Shown: in pieces, positions 18,235-26,766 of the stretch
Numbering within the stretch: the first letter of the stretch is position 1
How the letters are laid out: the number at the start of each line of letters is the position of its first letter
Origin: an uncultured Candidatus Poseidoniales archaeon
Lineage (GTDB): Archaea; Thermoplasmatota; Poseidoniia; Poseidoniales; Thalassarchaeaceae
Direction of reading: 5' to 3'
DNA length: 64,000 nt
Assembly: GCA_902601345.1 (NCBI GenBank)
Contig: CACKMK010000002.1
Span: 43,571-107,570 of the forward strand
Notes under the pieces: model-generated
Seen by the model: the letters and a program-made list of their open reading frames with translations, nothing else
The model's database searches: none
Told to the model about the DNA's origin: nothing
Translations under genes and position numbers: made by a program

Positions 18235-19028
18235 GCCTCGATCATCGCTGCGAAGGTCAGGAGCGTCCTGTTGTCAACCGCTGGTGCTCCCTCTGACTCT
18301 GCCCCGGCCTCTGCCAGCGCGGCGATTGAGCTCAGCGCCTTCTCCTCTGCCGCGGTGATCACTCCCGACTTGGAGGCGGCCTTTAGGAATCCCAGCGTGT
18401 CTGCCCCGCTCATGTTGTCGAGCAGAAGGGCTACTATCTTGGTGGGGTCAACTGACGGCCCGTGCATCAAGGCGTCTGCCTCCCCGCTCTTCAGGAAGGG
18501 GTTGACTGCCAAGGACTGGGCCTCGTAGAGGTCTAGGAGGCCCGGGCCTCCGGCCTTTCCACCGTGGGATAGAGGCCCTTCGACCTCGGACGCGGGAGAG
18601 TCTGCGGGTCGGCTAGTGACCTCTCCGTCATCGCCCACGGTGTGGATCACGTCCTGGGAAGCGCCTGCGGAGGCGCTAGCCGCAGATACCGAATCGGCTG
18701 CTATCTTCGCTGTCTGCTGGGCGGTCATCTTGATGTTGGCCTCCATCAGGTCCATTGCCGTCTCCAGCCTCTCGAACCTGTCCTTGACCATGTCCACCAG
18801 CTCCGGGATCTTGTCCTGCCCCTGGCTCGCCTGAGGGTCGCCGAGAACCCCGACCCTGGTCCCGGAGGGGGCGAAAAGCCACGCCTCTAGGTCCGTCGGC
18901 CTGAACTCGGTTGGGATGTCCACGTGCTCGACGCTTAGCCTGGCTACCTTGTCCAGCCTGGATGACATCCCGGGGTCGGCATCGGAGGAGCCACTAGAGC
19001 CAGACCTGAATTTGTCTAGTAATCCCAT
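18210..19028 (-). CDS. FlaC/FlaD/FlaE-family archaellum accessory protein (tentative)
   Basis: 272-aa soluble, Ala/Ser-rich protein. Sits between the archaellins and FlaF/G, where flaC/D/E genes occur in euryarchaeal fla operons. Assignment is by position only. Confidence 0.35.
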   Translation of the reverse strand: MGLLDKFRSGSSGSSDADPGMSSRLDKVARLSVEHVDIPTEFRPTDLEAWLFAPSGTRVGVLGDPQASQGQDKIPELVDMVKDRFERLETAMDLMEANIKMTAQQTAKIAADSVSAASASAGASQDVIHTVGDDGEVTSRPADSPASEVEGPLSHGGKAGGPGLLDLYEAQSLAVNPFLKSGEADALMHGPSVDPTKIVALLLDNMSGADTLGFLKAASKSGVITAAEEKALSSIAALAEAGAESEGAPAVDNRTLLTFAAMIEAWRAQGTP

Positions 19029-19078
19029 TCCAACACCTCATGATCCCACCTCGCAAGGCACCTCTAACCCTAAAGGTC

Positions 19079-19738
19079 TCACATCATCGAGGAGCCCAAA
19101 GTCAGGGAGTGTACTGTAAACTCCGTTAGGGTCTCTCCACCGCCGTCTACGACTATGCGCATGTTCAGTGTCTCACCTTGGGTTGCAGTGGTGTCGCAAC
19201 CTGGGTTGACATCATCTGTGTCCACATCACCGTCACTGTCAACGTCCGAGTTTCCTAGGGTAACCGTGGTGTAGTAGGTGTTTCCGGCCGACAGCTCGGT
19301 AGTGCCGGCTATTGGAGTCTCGGTGATTATGCTGGATGCTGGGAGGGTTCCGTCGTCGAACCCGAGACCCAGTCCGGTGTGAGCGCTGAGATCGCACGTG
19401 ATATAGTAGGAGACGTCACCCGGGTAGATGCCGGTTGAACCGGACGATACCCTCCATACGACGTCGAACGTAGCCACGTGGCTTCCTGCTCCTATGTCGT
19501 CAGCGATGGTATTCACAATCAAGTCCGTGAGCGCGACCTTACCGGATATCTGCTGTCTGGTGTCGCTGCTGGTCTGCTCTGCGTTCTGCTGTAGCTCTTC
19601 GGCGGTCTTGATGATGATCGTCGAAGCAACTGCGGCCACTAGGATCAGGGCGATGAAGACGATCATCGCACCGATACCGATTGAGCCCGAGTCCTCTTTG
19701 TCCCTTGGAATTCTCTCGTTCATGCTATCGCCTCCCAT
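19079..19738 (-). CDS. flaB: Archaellin (FlaB), class III signal peptide
   Basis: 219 aa. DSGSIGIGAMIVFIALILVAAVASTIIIKTAEELQQNAEQ matches the archaellin N-terminal consensus (G-IGTLIVFIAMVLVAAVA). The C-terminus is a variable Thr/Asp-rich beta domain. Confidence 0.8.
   Translation of the reverse strand: MGGDSMNERIPRDKEDSGSIGIGAMIVFIALILVAAVASTIIIKTAEELQQNAEQTSSDTRQQISGKVALTDLIVNTIADDIGAGSHVATFDVVWRVSSGSTGIYPGDVSYYITCDLSAHTGLGLGFDDGTLPASSIITETPIAGTTELSAGNTYYTTVTLGNSDVDSDGDVDTDDVNPGCDTTATQGETLNMRIVVDGGGETLTEFTVHSLTLGSSMM
19560..19681. repeat. 122-bp perfect direct repeat, copy A (5' coding region of archaellin)
   Basis: gtgtcgctgctggtctgctctgcgttctgctgtagctcttcggcggtcttgatgatgatcgtcgaagcaactgcggccactaggatcagggcgatgaagacgatcatcgcaccgataccgat recurs identically at 20205-20326. 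Confidence 0.9.
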
Positions 19739-20374
19739 CTAAACCACCGATGCCCCCGAGGTTAGTGAGTCTATCTTCAGTTCTGTAACGGTCGTGCCAC
19801 CATCGGTTACGATGATCTTGAGGAGCATCGTCTCGCCGATTCCGCCTAGGGCGTCGCAGTCCCCTCCGTTGGTTATTATGTCGAAGCGGAATACGGTTCC
19901 AGCGTCCATCTCAAGGGACCCGAAGTCGGAGCCGTCGAGGTTGTCCGCGTTCTGTGACTCTGTTCCGTCGATGGTGCCACCTTCAGCATCGGTTCCCCCT
20001 AGTGCGGAGGTGCCGAGGTTACCTGCTACGAGCCCGTAGCTTGCACTGTCACCGCATGTGAGGAGCCAGTTGATGTTCTGGGCAACCAGGTTCTGGGCTC
20101 CAGCGGCGACCTTGGCCGTGAAGACCATGCTCTCGACGTCGGTCGCGCTCGATGTGTTCACCAGCGCCTGTACGATGTTGATCTTCCCGGAAATCTCCTT
20201 CCTCGTGTCGCTGCTGGTCTGCTCTGCGTTCTGCTGTAGCTCTTCGGCGGTCTTGATGATGATCGTCGAAGCAACTGCGGCCACTAGGATCAGGGCGATG
20301 AAGACGATCATCGCACCGATACCGATGGAGCCTTCCTCTCGGTTTCTTTCTACTGTCTGGTATTCTTCGCTCAT
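19739..20374 (-). CDS. flaB: Archaellin (FlaB), class III signal peptide, paralogue
   Basis: 211 aa. The N-terminal ~50 residues are near-identical to the downstream archaellin (EGSIGIGAMIVFIALILVAAVASTIIIKTAEELQQNAEQTSSDTR). C-terminal domain is divergent. Confidence 0.8.
   Translation of the reverse strand: MSEEYQTVERNREEGSIGIGAMIVFIALILVAAVASTIIIKTAEELQQNAEQTSSDTRKEISGKINIVQALVNTSSATDVESMVFTAKVAAGAQNLVAQNINWLLTCGDSASYGLVAGNLGTSALGGTDAEGGTIDGTESQNADNLDGSDFGSLEMDAGTVFRFDIITNGGDCDALGGIGETMLLKIIVTDGGTTVTELKIDSLTSGASVV
20205..20326. repeat. 122-bp perfect direct repeat, copy B (5' coding region of archaellin)
   Basis: Identical to 19560-19681 by eye. Divergence starts one nucleotide after each end. 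Confidence 0.9.
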
Positions 20375-20462
20375 TGCGTGTTCACCCGTGCCCCCCTGTG
20401 AATGCTAATCATTTATGATATTACTGGAAAATGTGCTGGATAATCCAGTTCTGAGCGGTAAA
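20375..20462 (-). promoter_or_regulatory. Putative promoter / 5' leader of the archaellin operon
   Basis: 88-bp AT-enriched intergenic stretch upstream of the first archaellin. The minus-strand reading contains cataaatgatta (TATA-like) about 35 nt before the ATG. No experimental support. Confidence 0.25.
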
Positions 20463-21506
20463 TTAGCTACCGATTCCTACTGCTTCTCGCAGGTTCAGTA
20501 CCTCGATGGGAACGTGAACGACATCCCCTGGTCCAAGGTTCTCCACGAGTGGGAGCCTCATCGTCTCGAATCCCTCTGGCATCCATGGATCCAACAGGAG
20601 ACCCTGCATGATGTTCGGAGTCCTGTTTTCTACCCTGGTCTGGACATTCAGGCTACCGTACTCGACGTCATATCCGGTGGTGATGTTCAGGCTGCTTCCA
20701 AGGAGTGCTGTGGATGGGAAGGATCCGGATGGCCTGATCTCGATCCCGATCTCGATGAAGCCATCTGGGGGTATCTCGGGAATCTCGCACATCTTCGGAG
20801 TGGCAGACCACCCGTACGGTATTGGCGGGGCAAGCCTCATTGTGGAGATGTTGTTCTCGCCGGTGTTCTCTAGTGTAATTACCATCAGGGCGTGGTCCTT
20901 GCCCTCTGGCCATGTCGTCCCTATAGAAAGGAAGAAGCTGTTCACTAGGAAGGGGCTGGCAGCCTCGTTGACAGCGACTGGGCCGAGTGCGCTGATTGCG
21001 TCCTCGAACGCCTTTGCCGCGGACGAGAGGTCGGAGTCGAGTGCCTCCTTACCCTGGTTGACCAGCGTGAGTGCGATGTCCTCTATGTCGCTGAGCTCAC
21101 CCATCTCGTTGAGGTGCCTTCCAAGGGTGTTCAGTGACCTCTCGAGTCCGTCTTTGCCCATCGATGCGACTGCGCCCTCTACGCAATCTGCTGCTGCTCC
21201 CCAGTTCCCCTCCCTGAGGTGCTGCAGGCCTAGCATTGTCAGGTCCCAGGCGTTGCGATCGCCTTCTGACATCTGCTCGAGCTCCTCGAGGGATCGCTCT
21301 AGCGATGATAGCGCCCTGTAGAGGTCCATGATCTGTCCTTCTGCCTCTTCGACCTCCTTCGATAGGTCTCTCAGCATCTTTCTGGCGCCTATAGGCCTGT
21401 TTGCCCAGATTGCGAATTGGATGTTCTCGGCCTCTTCCTCGATGTAGTCGATCCGCTTGAGAGTGGCCTCGGCCCCTCCCGTTGCGGGTGCCTTCGTCCG
21501 TGCCAT
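20463..21506 (-). CDS. Hypothetical protein, archaellum-operon associated (helical N-terminal half, beta-rich C-terminal half)
   Basis: 347 aa. No family recognised by eye. Start codon lies 2 nt from the stop of the giant surface protein gene and directly upstream of flaB, which suggests co-transcription. Confidence 0.5.
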   Translation of the reverse strand: MARTKAPATGGAEATLKRIDYIEEEAENIQFAIWANRPIGARKMLRDLSKEVEEAEGQIMDLYRALSSLERSLEELEQMSEGDRNAWDLTMLGLQHLREGNWGAAADCVEGAVASMGKDGLERSLNTLGRHLNEMGELSDIEDIALTLVNQGKEALDSDLSSAAKAFEDAISALGPVAVNEAASPFLVNSFFLSIGTTWPEGKDHALMVITLENTGENNISTMRLAPPIPYGWSATPKMCEIPEIPPDGFIEIGIEIRPSGSFPSTALLGSSLNITTGYDVEYGSLNVQTRVENRTPNIMQGLLLDPWMPEGFETMRLPLVENLGPGDVVHVPIEVLNLREAVGIGS

Positions 21507-21507
21507 C

Positions 21508-24500
21508 TCAGTTCCTCCCTCCTGGCTTCTGACCTGCCCTTCCGAGGATCTTCTTGATTCTGATAGCTCGGAGCTCTATATCAGCGAGTTCGCTGTAAAG
21601 CCTGTCGTAAGAGCTGTCCAGGAATTTCAGGATGATGTGCACTAGGATGGGCGAGGCGATCATGAATCCGATTATGGATATCAACGACGATGCCCCCAGA
21701 TCTATGGCGAGGGATGGTGAGATTAGTACGAATGGAAGGAAGGCGTAGGGAGAGCAGGAGATGATGGCGCGGAGCTCGTTCCTAGTGTTCTGCTGTTCCT
21801 TGTCGTGATCCTCCAACAGCGCCATCGTTCCGATTCTGGCCTTCTTCCTGTCGTCATGGATCGCCTGGAGCTCGCTGGAGGATAGCCATGCTACAAGCCC
21901 TGCGAACAAGATGGAGGCTAGAGCGCAAAGAAGTGATAGGATCGTGGAGGCGCCGGTTAGCGAGAGGGCCCCGAATGCCATTGCTGCCACGTACGAGGAC
22001 GCATGCAGGCGGCTCTCTTGCTCTTCCAGTCCCTGTCTGATGAGCGATACCGCCAAGAGGAGTAGGAGTGCTGCGATTAGAAGTGCGGACGGGAGTTGCA
22101 GACCGGATAGTTCGACGGCTGGGGTGGACCATGAGTCAATGGACAGGTCCTCCGTCCTGACGTCATTTTCTACGACGTTGCCGAAGATTCCGCCCATCTG
22201 CATTATGATGTCCGGATAGGTGATGGATGCGGAGCAAGTCAGTGTCTCTGAGGACTTGTACCATGGGATTGGGTTTAGTTCCACGGCCCAGGAAGCAGTG
22301 AAGTTCCCGTTTGCCTCAAGAGCTGGTATCGGGTACGATGCGAACATGTTCGTCACGTCTGCGTAAGGCGTGGGAGTGCAGTCGAGGTTCAGTTGGGACT
22401 GTGTTGGCATTACTGCGTATCCTGCGTTAATTACGGTAACGTCGATCCAAGTGCTCTCCCCCTCTACGCCCTCCCCCCTGAATGTGATGCTGTTGACGAG
22501 GGGATCCGTCGATTCTGTCATCCTGAGTCTGACGACTAGATCCGTCGAGTACTCCGTTGTCTTGGGCTCCTCTGGGTGTCTTAGTTGCAGGTAGATGTTC
22601 CATCCGTCTCCCGCTGCAACCCCGTCCAGCTGCTTCTCGGGGATAATTACCTGGAGTACGATTGTGCCCCCGTGAGCGGAGTCTGGGCTCCCTCCCTCAT
22701 AGGGAGTGGTGGCGTCGAGTTCCCAATCCGAGTTGCATGTCTCTTCCGTCGCGTCCGTGGCGGCGATACCGAATCCATCTATGTCTGCTAGTTCGCACTT
22801 CGCAGTACCTGCATCGGTGTCGTGATCGATGTATAGCCACCAATGCACCTTGGGGTAGCTGGCTGAGTCCACGAGGCGTTCTGGGGGGTCTGCTGATGCA
22901 TCGTAGGGGTCCATATCCCCGTTCAATGCCAGTGTGTAGGACCTCGGGTCGAATGAGCTGTCTCGGTAGTTTATGTCCACCCATGGTATCTCTATCTGCC
23001 TGCAATTCGGGTCGTCGTTGTTTTCGCACTGGTACTGGCCGGCGGCATCGGCGCTCAAGGTGTAAGTGTCATCGGTCTGGGCTCTGACGACGGTGATTGG
23101 GAAGGAGTTCTGCTGGGTCTCCATCGCGGCGTCCACTGGTACTCTCTTCAGGATGAATGTTCCTTGCTCGCCCTTGATCGTGTCATTATGTGTCATTGCG
23201 AATTCGAAGCTAATTGAGCTGGTCTGCCCAACCTGCAGGTACAGGTTTGTAGAGCCTAGCGAGTTTCGGACTTCGAACCTATCTGGCTTCGAATCGTCCT
23301 GTTCCGTGTCTATGGTTTCCCACTGTATTGTGAGGTTGATCGGTGCGTTGCCCTTGTTCTCCATTTCGAATTCGATTGACCTGTCCACCCCTGGGACTAT
23401 TGCTATCCTCTGTGGGGACTTGGTCAATTCCACATCGAAGACGGGGAGGACCTTGATTTTGAGCGTCGAAGTCCCAGCTGGGACGCCCCCACCCATTGCG
23501 ACCCTCTCTGACAATGGAACGGGCTGGGCCACTCCATCGACCATTTTTGTTGCAGGCCATGTGGGGAACGGGTCGGTGATGTTTACCGCTCTCATGGTTA
23601 GGTTGTGGATGACGTCGGCTACGAGAATCTGGTCTCCGTCCCTGAGAGGGGGCAGTGTGATGCTGAGGAGTACGGTACGAGACTCATACTGGTCTAGTGA
23701 GAATCCGGATTCGTTGACCTGGTAAGACCAGTTGGTCATTCCCTCTGGGAAGGTCACAGTCAAGTTCAGTGTCTCCATGAGGTTGCCGTCGTTCCGTAAA
23801 ACCACCTCTAGGTCGAGGGTGTTCCCCGGGGCTACCTGCATTTCGGTGGGAGCTATGAATAGTATTGCATGGTCAGGAGCAACCTGAACCTTCCATTCGC
23901 TTGTGGACATTAACTGGCCGTCGTGAGACGCATTCAGGAAGAAAGTCTGGTTTTCATCTGCTCTCGAGTCCTCTCCAGCAGTGGAGTAAATCCTGACGAT
24001 TCCCTGCGACCCTGCCGGGACCAACAGTGTGGATTCGGTCACACAGGGCTGCATCTCCTCAGAGAAGCAGACCCTGATCTTGTCGACATCGAGATTGTCC
24101 AGGGACAGGTTGTATGTGACGTTCTTGTTTCCTGTGTTATTGAGCAGGGCAATCAGGGTCTTCTGGCCGACTCTGCTGTCCAATGAGGGGGAAGGGGTGA
24201 TTACCGCCGTGGAAGTAGGGGGGTAGAGTTCTGCCGAGATGACTTCGGTGAGGGTGAAGAGGGCAGGGGCATATGCAAGCAGTTCTCCAGTTTCCGTGGA
24301 GTTGGCGTACACCCAGACCTGATGTGTCTCATCCGCTCTGGCTGAGGCCGGGGGAGTGGCGGTGACCGTTATTGGCCGCTGATTCTGGGTTGATGAACCG
24401 TCATTGTACAGATTCGTCATGGAGGGTACGAGGTTCGCCGCGGTGGACCCCAGGGTGATGGTCCATCCAGGCTTAGGGACGTATCCGATGGTGAAGTTTG

Positions 24501-26703
24501 CTGGATCGTTCCCTGTGTTCTCCAAAACCACCTCAGAGGATATGGGGGTCCCAGGGTCCCCATTGGCTGCTCCTGAGGAAGTCAGCTCTGCCGACCAGAG
24601 TTCTGCTATTGACATGGAAACCGTGGCTGTGGCATTACGGGAAATTGCCCCGGAGAAAGCAGCCCAAGATGATGTCGCCATGAACGAGAAGTTGAGGTGA
24701 CCCGCCGATGGGTATTGGAAGTCTGGGGTGGGGCCGAAGCTCAGTCCCACCATTCCGTATCCGGTTTCTCCTGGCAGGAGTTCCAAGGTCGAGGCGGAGG
24801 ATGAGGAAGAGGTCTGGACCGTAGCCGTCCAACGCGAATTCTCGATGAGGCTGGAGCCAGCCGGGGTATCCTGAAGAAAGACCTTCCCATTGCTACAGGT
24901 GGATTGCGTCCAAGGGCTACCCGATGCAGCAGTGGTTGGCGCTAGGGAGGTACACGGCATGGCGCTGAGGGATACTTGGGCCAAGGTGTTGTTTGAGCCG
25001 AGATTGTGAACTATCGTCACTTCGAAGCCGACGAACCTGTCGGTATTGCCCCCGATGATGTCATTGACTGAAATATCATCGATTTCACTGGTCACGGAGA
25101 TGTCCAACTCAACAATGCTGTCTATCATTAGCGTCGTCTGGTTGACTGCTGGGACTCCCCCCTGTAGGGGGATTGCTTGGACCATCAGATCCACTCTTTC
25201 TATGGAGGAGACCTTCCAGGACGGGTTCAGTGGCATCTCTAGCTCCGGGGTGGTGATTGTTACGGGAAGTGTCCTGGTCTCATTTGGCAGCAGTACGTCG
25301 GTGATTGTGACAGGTGAGTCTATGATCCAGTACGGCACCGATTCCGTCGCTCCGACATCTATCTGATACTGGGCTGGTGCGGTACCGGTGTTCATCAGGG
25401 TGTATTGTAGGGTCCTGGGGGAACCGGGGGTGATGTTCGCGAAGTTTTCTCCCATCGAATGGCTGTGGTTTTGGAAAATCTCCGCGCTGAATGTACCTCC
25501 TGCCATGACCATTGTGCTGGCTGAGAGGACGTAACCCGCCGTGTCGCTTTGAATTGTTAGGGTCACAATTACGGCGTCTCCATTGGCGGCATCCGCGGGA
25601 ACATCGACCGGGATCTGAATTGCATGGGTTTGCTGGGCGCCTACATTGAGAAGGTTGGTGGAGGAATGTATCTGATCCGTGATATTTACCCAGTAGTTGG
25701 CGGGGTCGGAGTTGTTGCTCTGTGTCACGGTGAAGTTGTCCTCAACGGTTCCAGAGTTCTGTAGTATGAAGTTCAGAGTTGCCTGCGAACCTGGGTCGAC
25801 GTTCCGGTTGTTGGCTGGTATTAGCGATGCCCTTAGGGCTACGAAGCTCACTATTCTGGAGTCGATTGTGACCGAGCCCTGTGTAGAGCCCGACACAAGT
25901 ATGCTACCACTAAGGGTGTAATCTCCTTCAAGTCCGGAGCCATCGAACGATATTGTGATATTAGCAGGGGTTGGAGGATCTGCAAGGCTTCCGGGAAGCA
26001 ATTCTTCTGTACTCGAGGAGAGGGGGACGCTCGAACCACCCAGCGACGGAGTTAGTGTTAGCTGGGCTGTGACGTCGACTGGTTGATTGCCCGTGTTGAC
26101 CACGGTGATTGCTCCTTCCCAGAGTGCTCTCGCTAGGGAAGACCCATCGGATGGTAGGGAGTCTGCGATGTCTGAGGCAGACTCCACCTCAGCGACGCTT
26201 ACACCGGATAGAGACATCTGGTTATTGCTCGAGTCCGAGTCGGAGGATGATGATGCCGGGATCCATGACGCAGTTATCTCATATCCTGTTCCTGAGAGGG
26301 AAGAGGCGTCCCAGTACATCACGCTGTTTACCTGTCCTCCAGGAGTGATGGTGGCAGTCCTGTTGTCAACGACGACCCCGTTAACCTTGAGCGTTACATT
26401 GCCTTCGGCAGTAGACCCGCCCTGATTGGTAGTCCCGACAACAATCACGTGATCAACAGGAGCCAGTGTGGGGGTTCCTCCAACCGTAGCGGAGGGTGTG
26501 GTGACGTCTAGATCGGTTACTACCACATCTGGGCCCATTTGACGAGTCGAGCTTGGCATTGGGTTCTCTTCGTCTGTAGCAACGGGAATACCAGCGAGCA
26601 GGGGGGAGAGGAAAAGTAGAGCGACTAGAATCGTGGCCTTGCTAGCCGTTCTAGTTGTCCTATGTAGGTTTCTTGAGGATTCTTGACTGGAATCTTTCAG
26701 CAT
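21508..26703 (-). CDS. Giant secreted cell-surface protein (1731 aa): N-terminal CARDB-like domain, many beta-sandwich repeats, C-terminal multi-TM anchor
   Basis: N-terminal signal peptide/TM is ATILVALLFLSPLLAGIPVA. VVVTDLDVTTPSATVGGTPTLA...GNVTLKVNGVVVD...SDSDSSNNQMS resembles a CARDB domain (ending E.NE.NN). Long Thr/Ser/Asn-rich beta-repeat body with NxT/S sequons. The C-terminal ~250 aa hold about four hydrophobic helices (LIAALLLLLAVSLI, AAMAFGALSLTGASTILSLLCALASILFAGLVAWL, FLPFVLISPSLAIDLGASSLISIIGFMIASPILVHIIL). Confidence 0.6.
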   Translation of the reverse strand: MLKDSSQESSRNLHRTTRTASKATILVALLFLSPLLAGIPVATDEENPMPSSTRQMGPDVVVTDLDVTTPSATVGGTPTLAPVDHVIVVGTTNQGGSTAEGNVTLKVNGVVVDNRTATITPGGQVNSVMYWDASSLSGTGYEITASWIPASSSSDSDSSNNQMSLSGVSVAEVESASDIADSLPSDGSSLARALWEGAITVVNTGNQPVDVTAQLTLTPSLGGSSVPLSSSTEELLPGSLADPPTPANITISFDGSGLEGDYTLSGSILVSGSTQGSVTIDSRIVSFVALRASLIPANNRNVDPGSQATLNFILQNSGTVEDNFTVTQSNNSDPANYWVNITDQIHSSTNLLNVGAQQTHAIQIPVDVPADAANGDAVIVTLTIQSDTAGYVLSASTMVMAGGTFSAEIFQNHSHSMGENFANITPGSPRTLQYTLMNTGTAPAQYQIDVGATESVPYWIIDSPVTITDVLLPNETRTLPVTITTPELEMPLNPSWKVSSIERVDLMVQAIPLQGGVPAVNQTTLMIDSIVELDISVTSEIDDISVNDIIGGNTDRFVGFEVTIVHNLGSNNTLAQVSLSAMPCTSLAPTTAASGSPWTQSTCSNGKVFLQDTPAGSSLIENSRWTATVQTSSSSSASTLELLPGETGYGMVGLSFGPTPDFQYPSAGHLNFSFMATSSWAAFSGAISRNATATVSMSIAELWSAELTSSGAANGDPGTPISSEVVLENTGNDPANFTIGYVPKPGWTITLGSTAANLVPSMTNLYNDGSSTQNQRPITVTATPPASARADETHQVWVYANSTETGELLAYAPALFTLTEVISAELYPPTSTAVITPSPSLDSRVGQKTLIALLNNTGNKNVTYNLSLDNLDVDKIRVCFSEEMQPCVTESTLLVPAGSQGIVRIYSTAGEDSRADENQTFFLNASHDGQLMSTSEWKVQVAPDHAILFIAPTEMQVAPGNTLDLEVVLRNDGNLMETLNLTVTFPEGMTNWSYQVNESGFSLDQYESRTVLLSITLPPLRDGDQILVADVIHNLTMRAVNITDPFPTWPATKMVDGVAQPVPLSERVAMGGGVPAGTSTLKIKVLPVFDVELTKSPQRIAIVPGVDRSIEFEMENKGNAPINLTIQWETIDTEQDDSKPDRFEVRNSLGSTNLYLQVGQTSSISFEFAMTHNDTIKGEQGTFILKRVPVDAAMETQQNSFPITVVRAQTDDTYTLSADAAGQYQCENNDDPNCRQIEIPWVDINYRDSSFDPRSYTLALNGDMDPYDASADPPERLVDSASYPKVHWWLYIDHDTDAGTAKCELADIDGFGIAATDATEETCNSDWELDATTPYEGGSPDSAHGGTIVLQVIIPEKQLDGVAAGDGWNIYLQLRHPEEPKTTEYSTDLVVRLRMTESTDPLVNSITFRGEGVEGESTWIDVTVINAGYAVMPTQSQLNLDCTPTPYADVTNMFASYPIPALEANGNFTASWAVELNPIPWYKSSETLTCSASITYPDIIMQMGGIFGNVVENDVRTEDLSIDSWSTPAVELSGLQLPSALLIAALLLLLAVSLIRQGLEEQESRLHASSYVAAMAFGALSLTGASTILSLLCALASILFAGLVAWLSSSELQAIHDDRKKARIGTMALLEDHDKEQQNTRNELRAIISCSPYAFLPFVLISPSLAIDLGASSLISIIGFMIASPILVHIILKFLDSSYDRLYSELADIELRAIRIKKILGRAGQKPGGRN

Positions 26704-26766
26704 CGCTTCCGCTCCCCTCCTCGTAGAGGAGACTAACCTTCATTATGAAATAACCGGAGGAAATAA

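Noticed and set aside
20608-21321. 237-aa plus-strand ORF
   Set aside because: Antisense shadow of the 347-aa minus-strand gene. The sequence is Ser/Pro-rich and low-complexity.
23066-23725. 219-aa plus-strand ORF, plus other 60-140-aa ORFs inside 21508-26703
   Set aside because: Embedded antisense or out-of-frame within the 1731-aa giant protein gene, with no motifs. They are typical shadow ORFs of a long GC-balanced gene.
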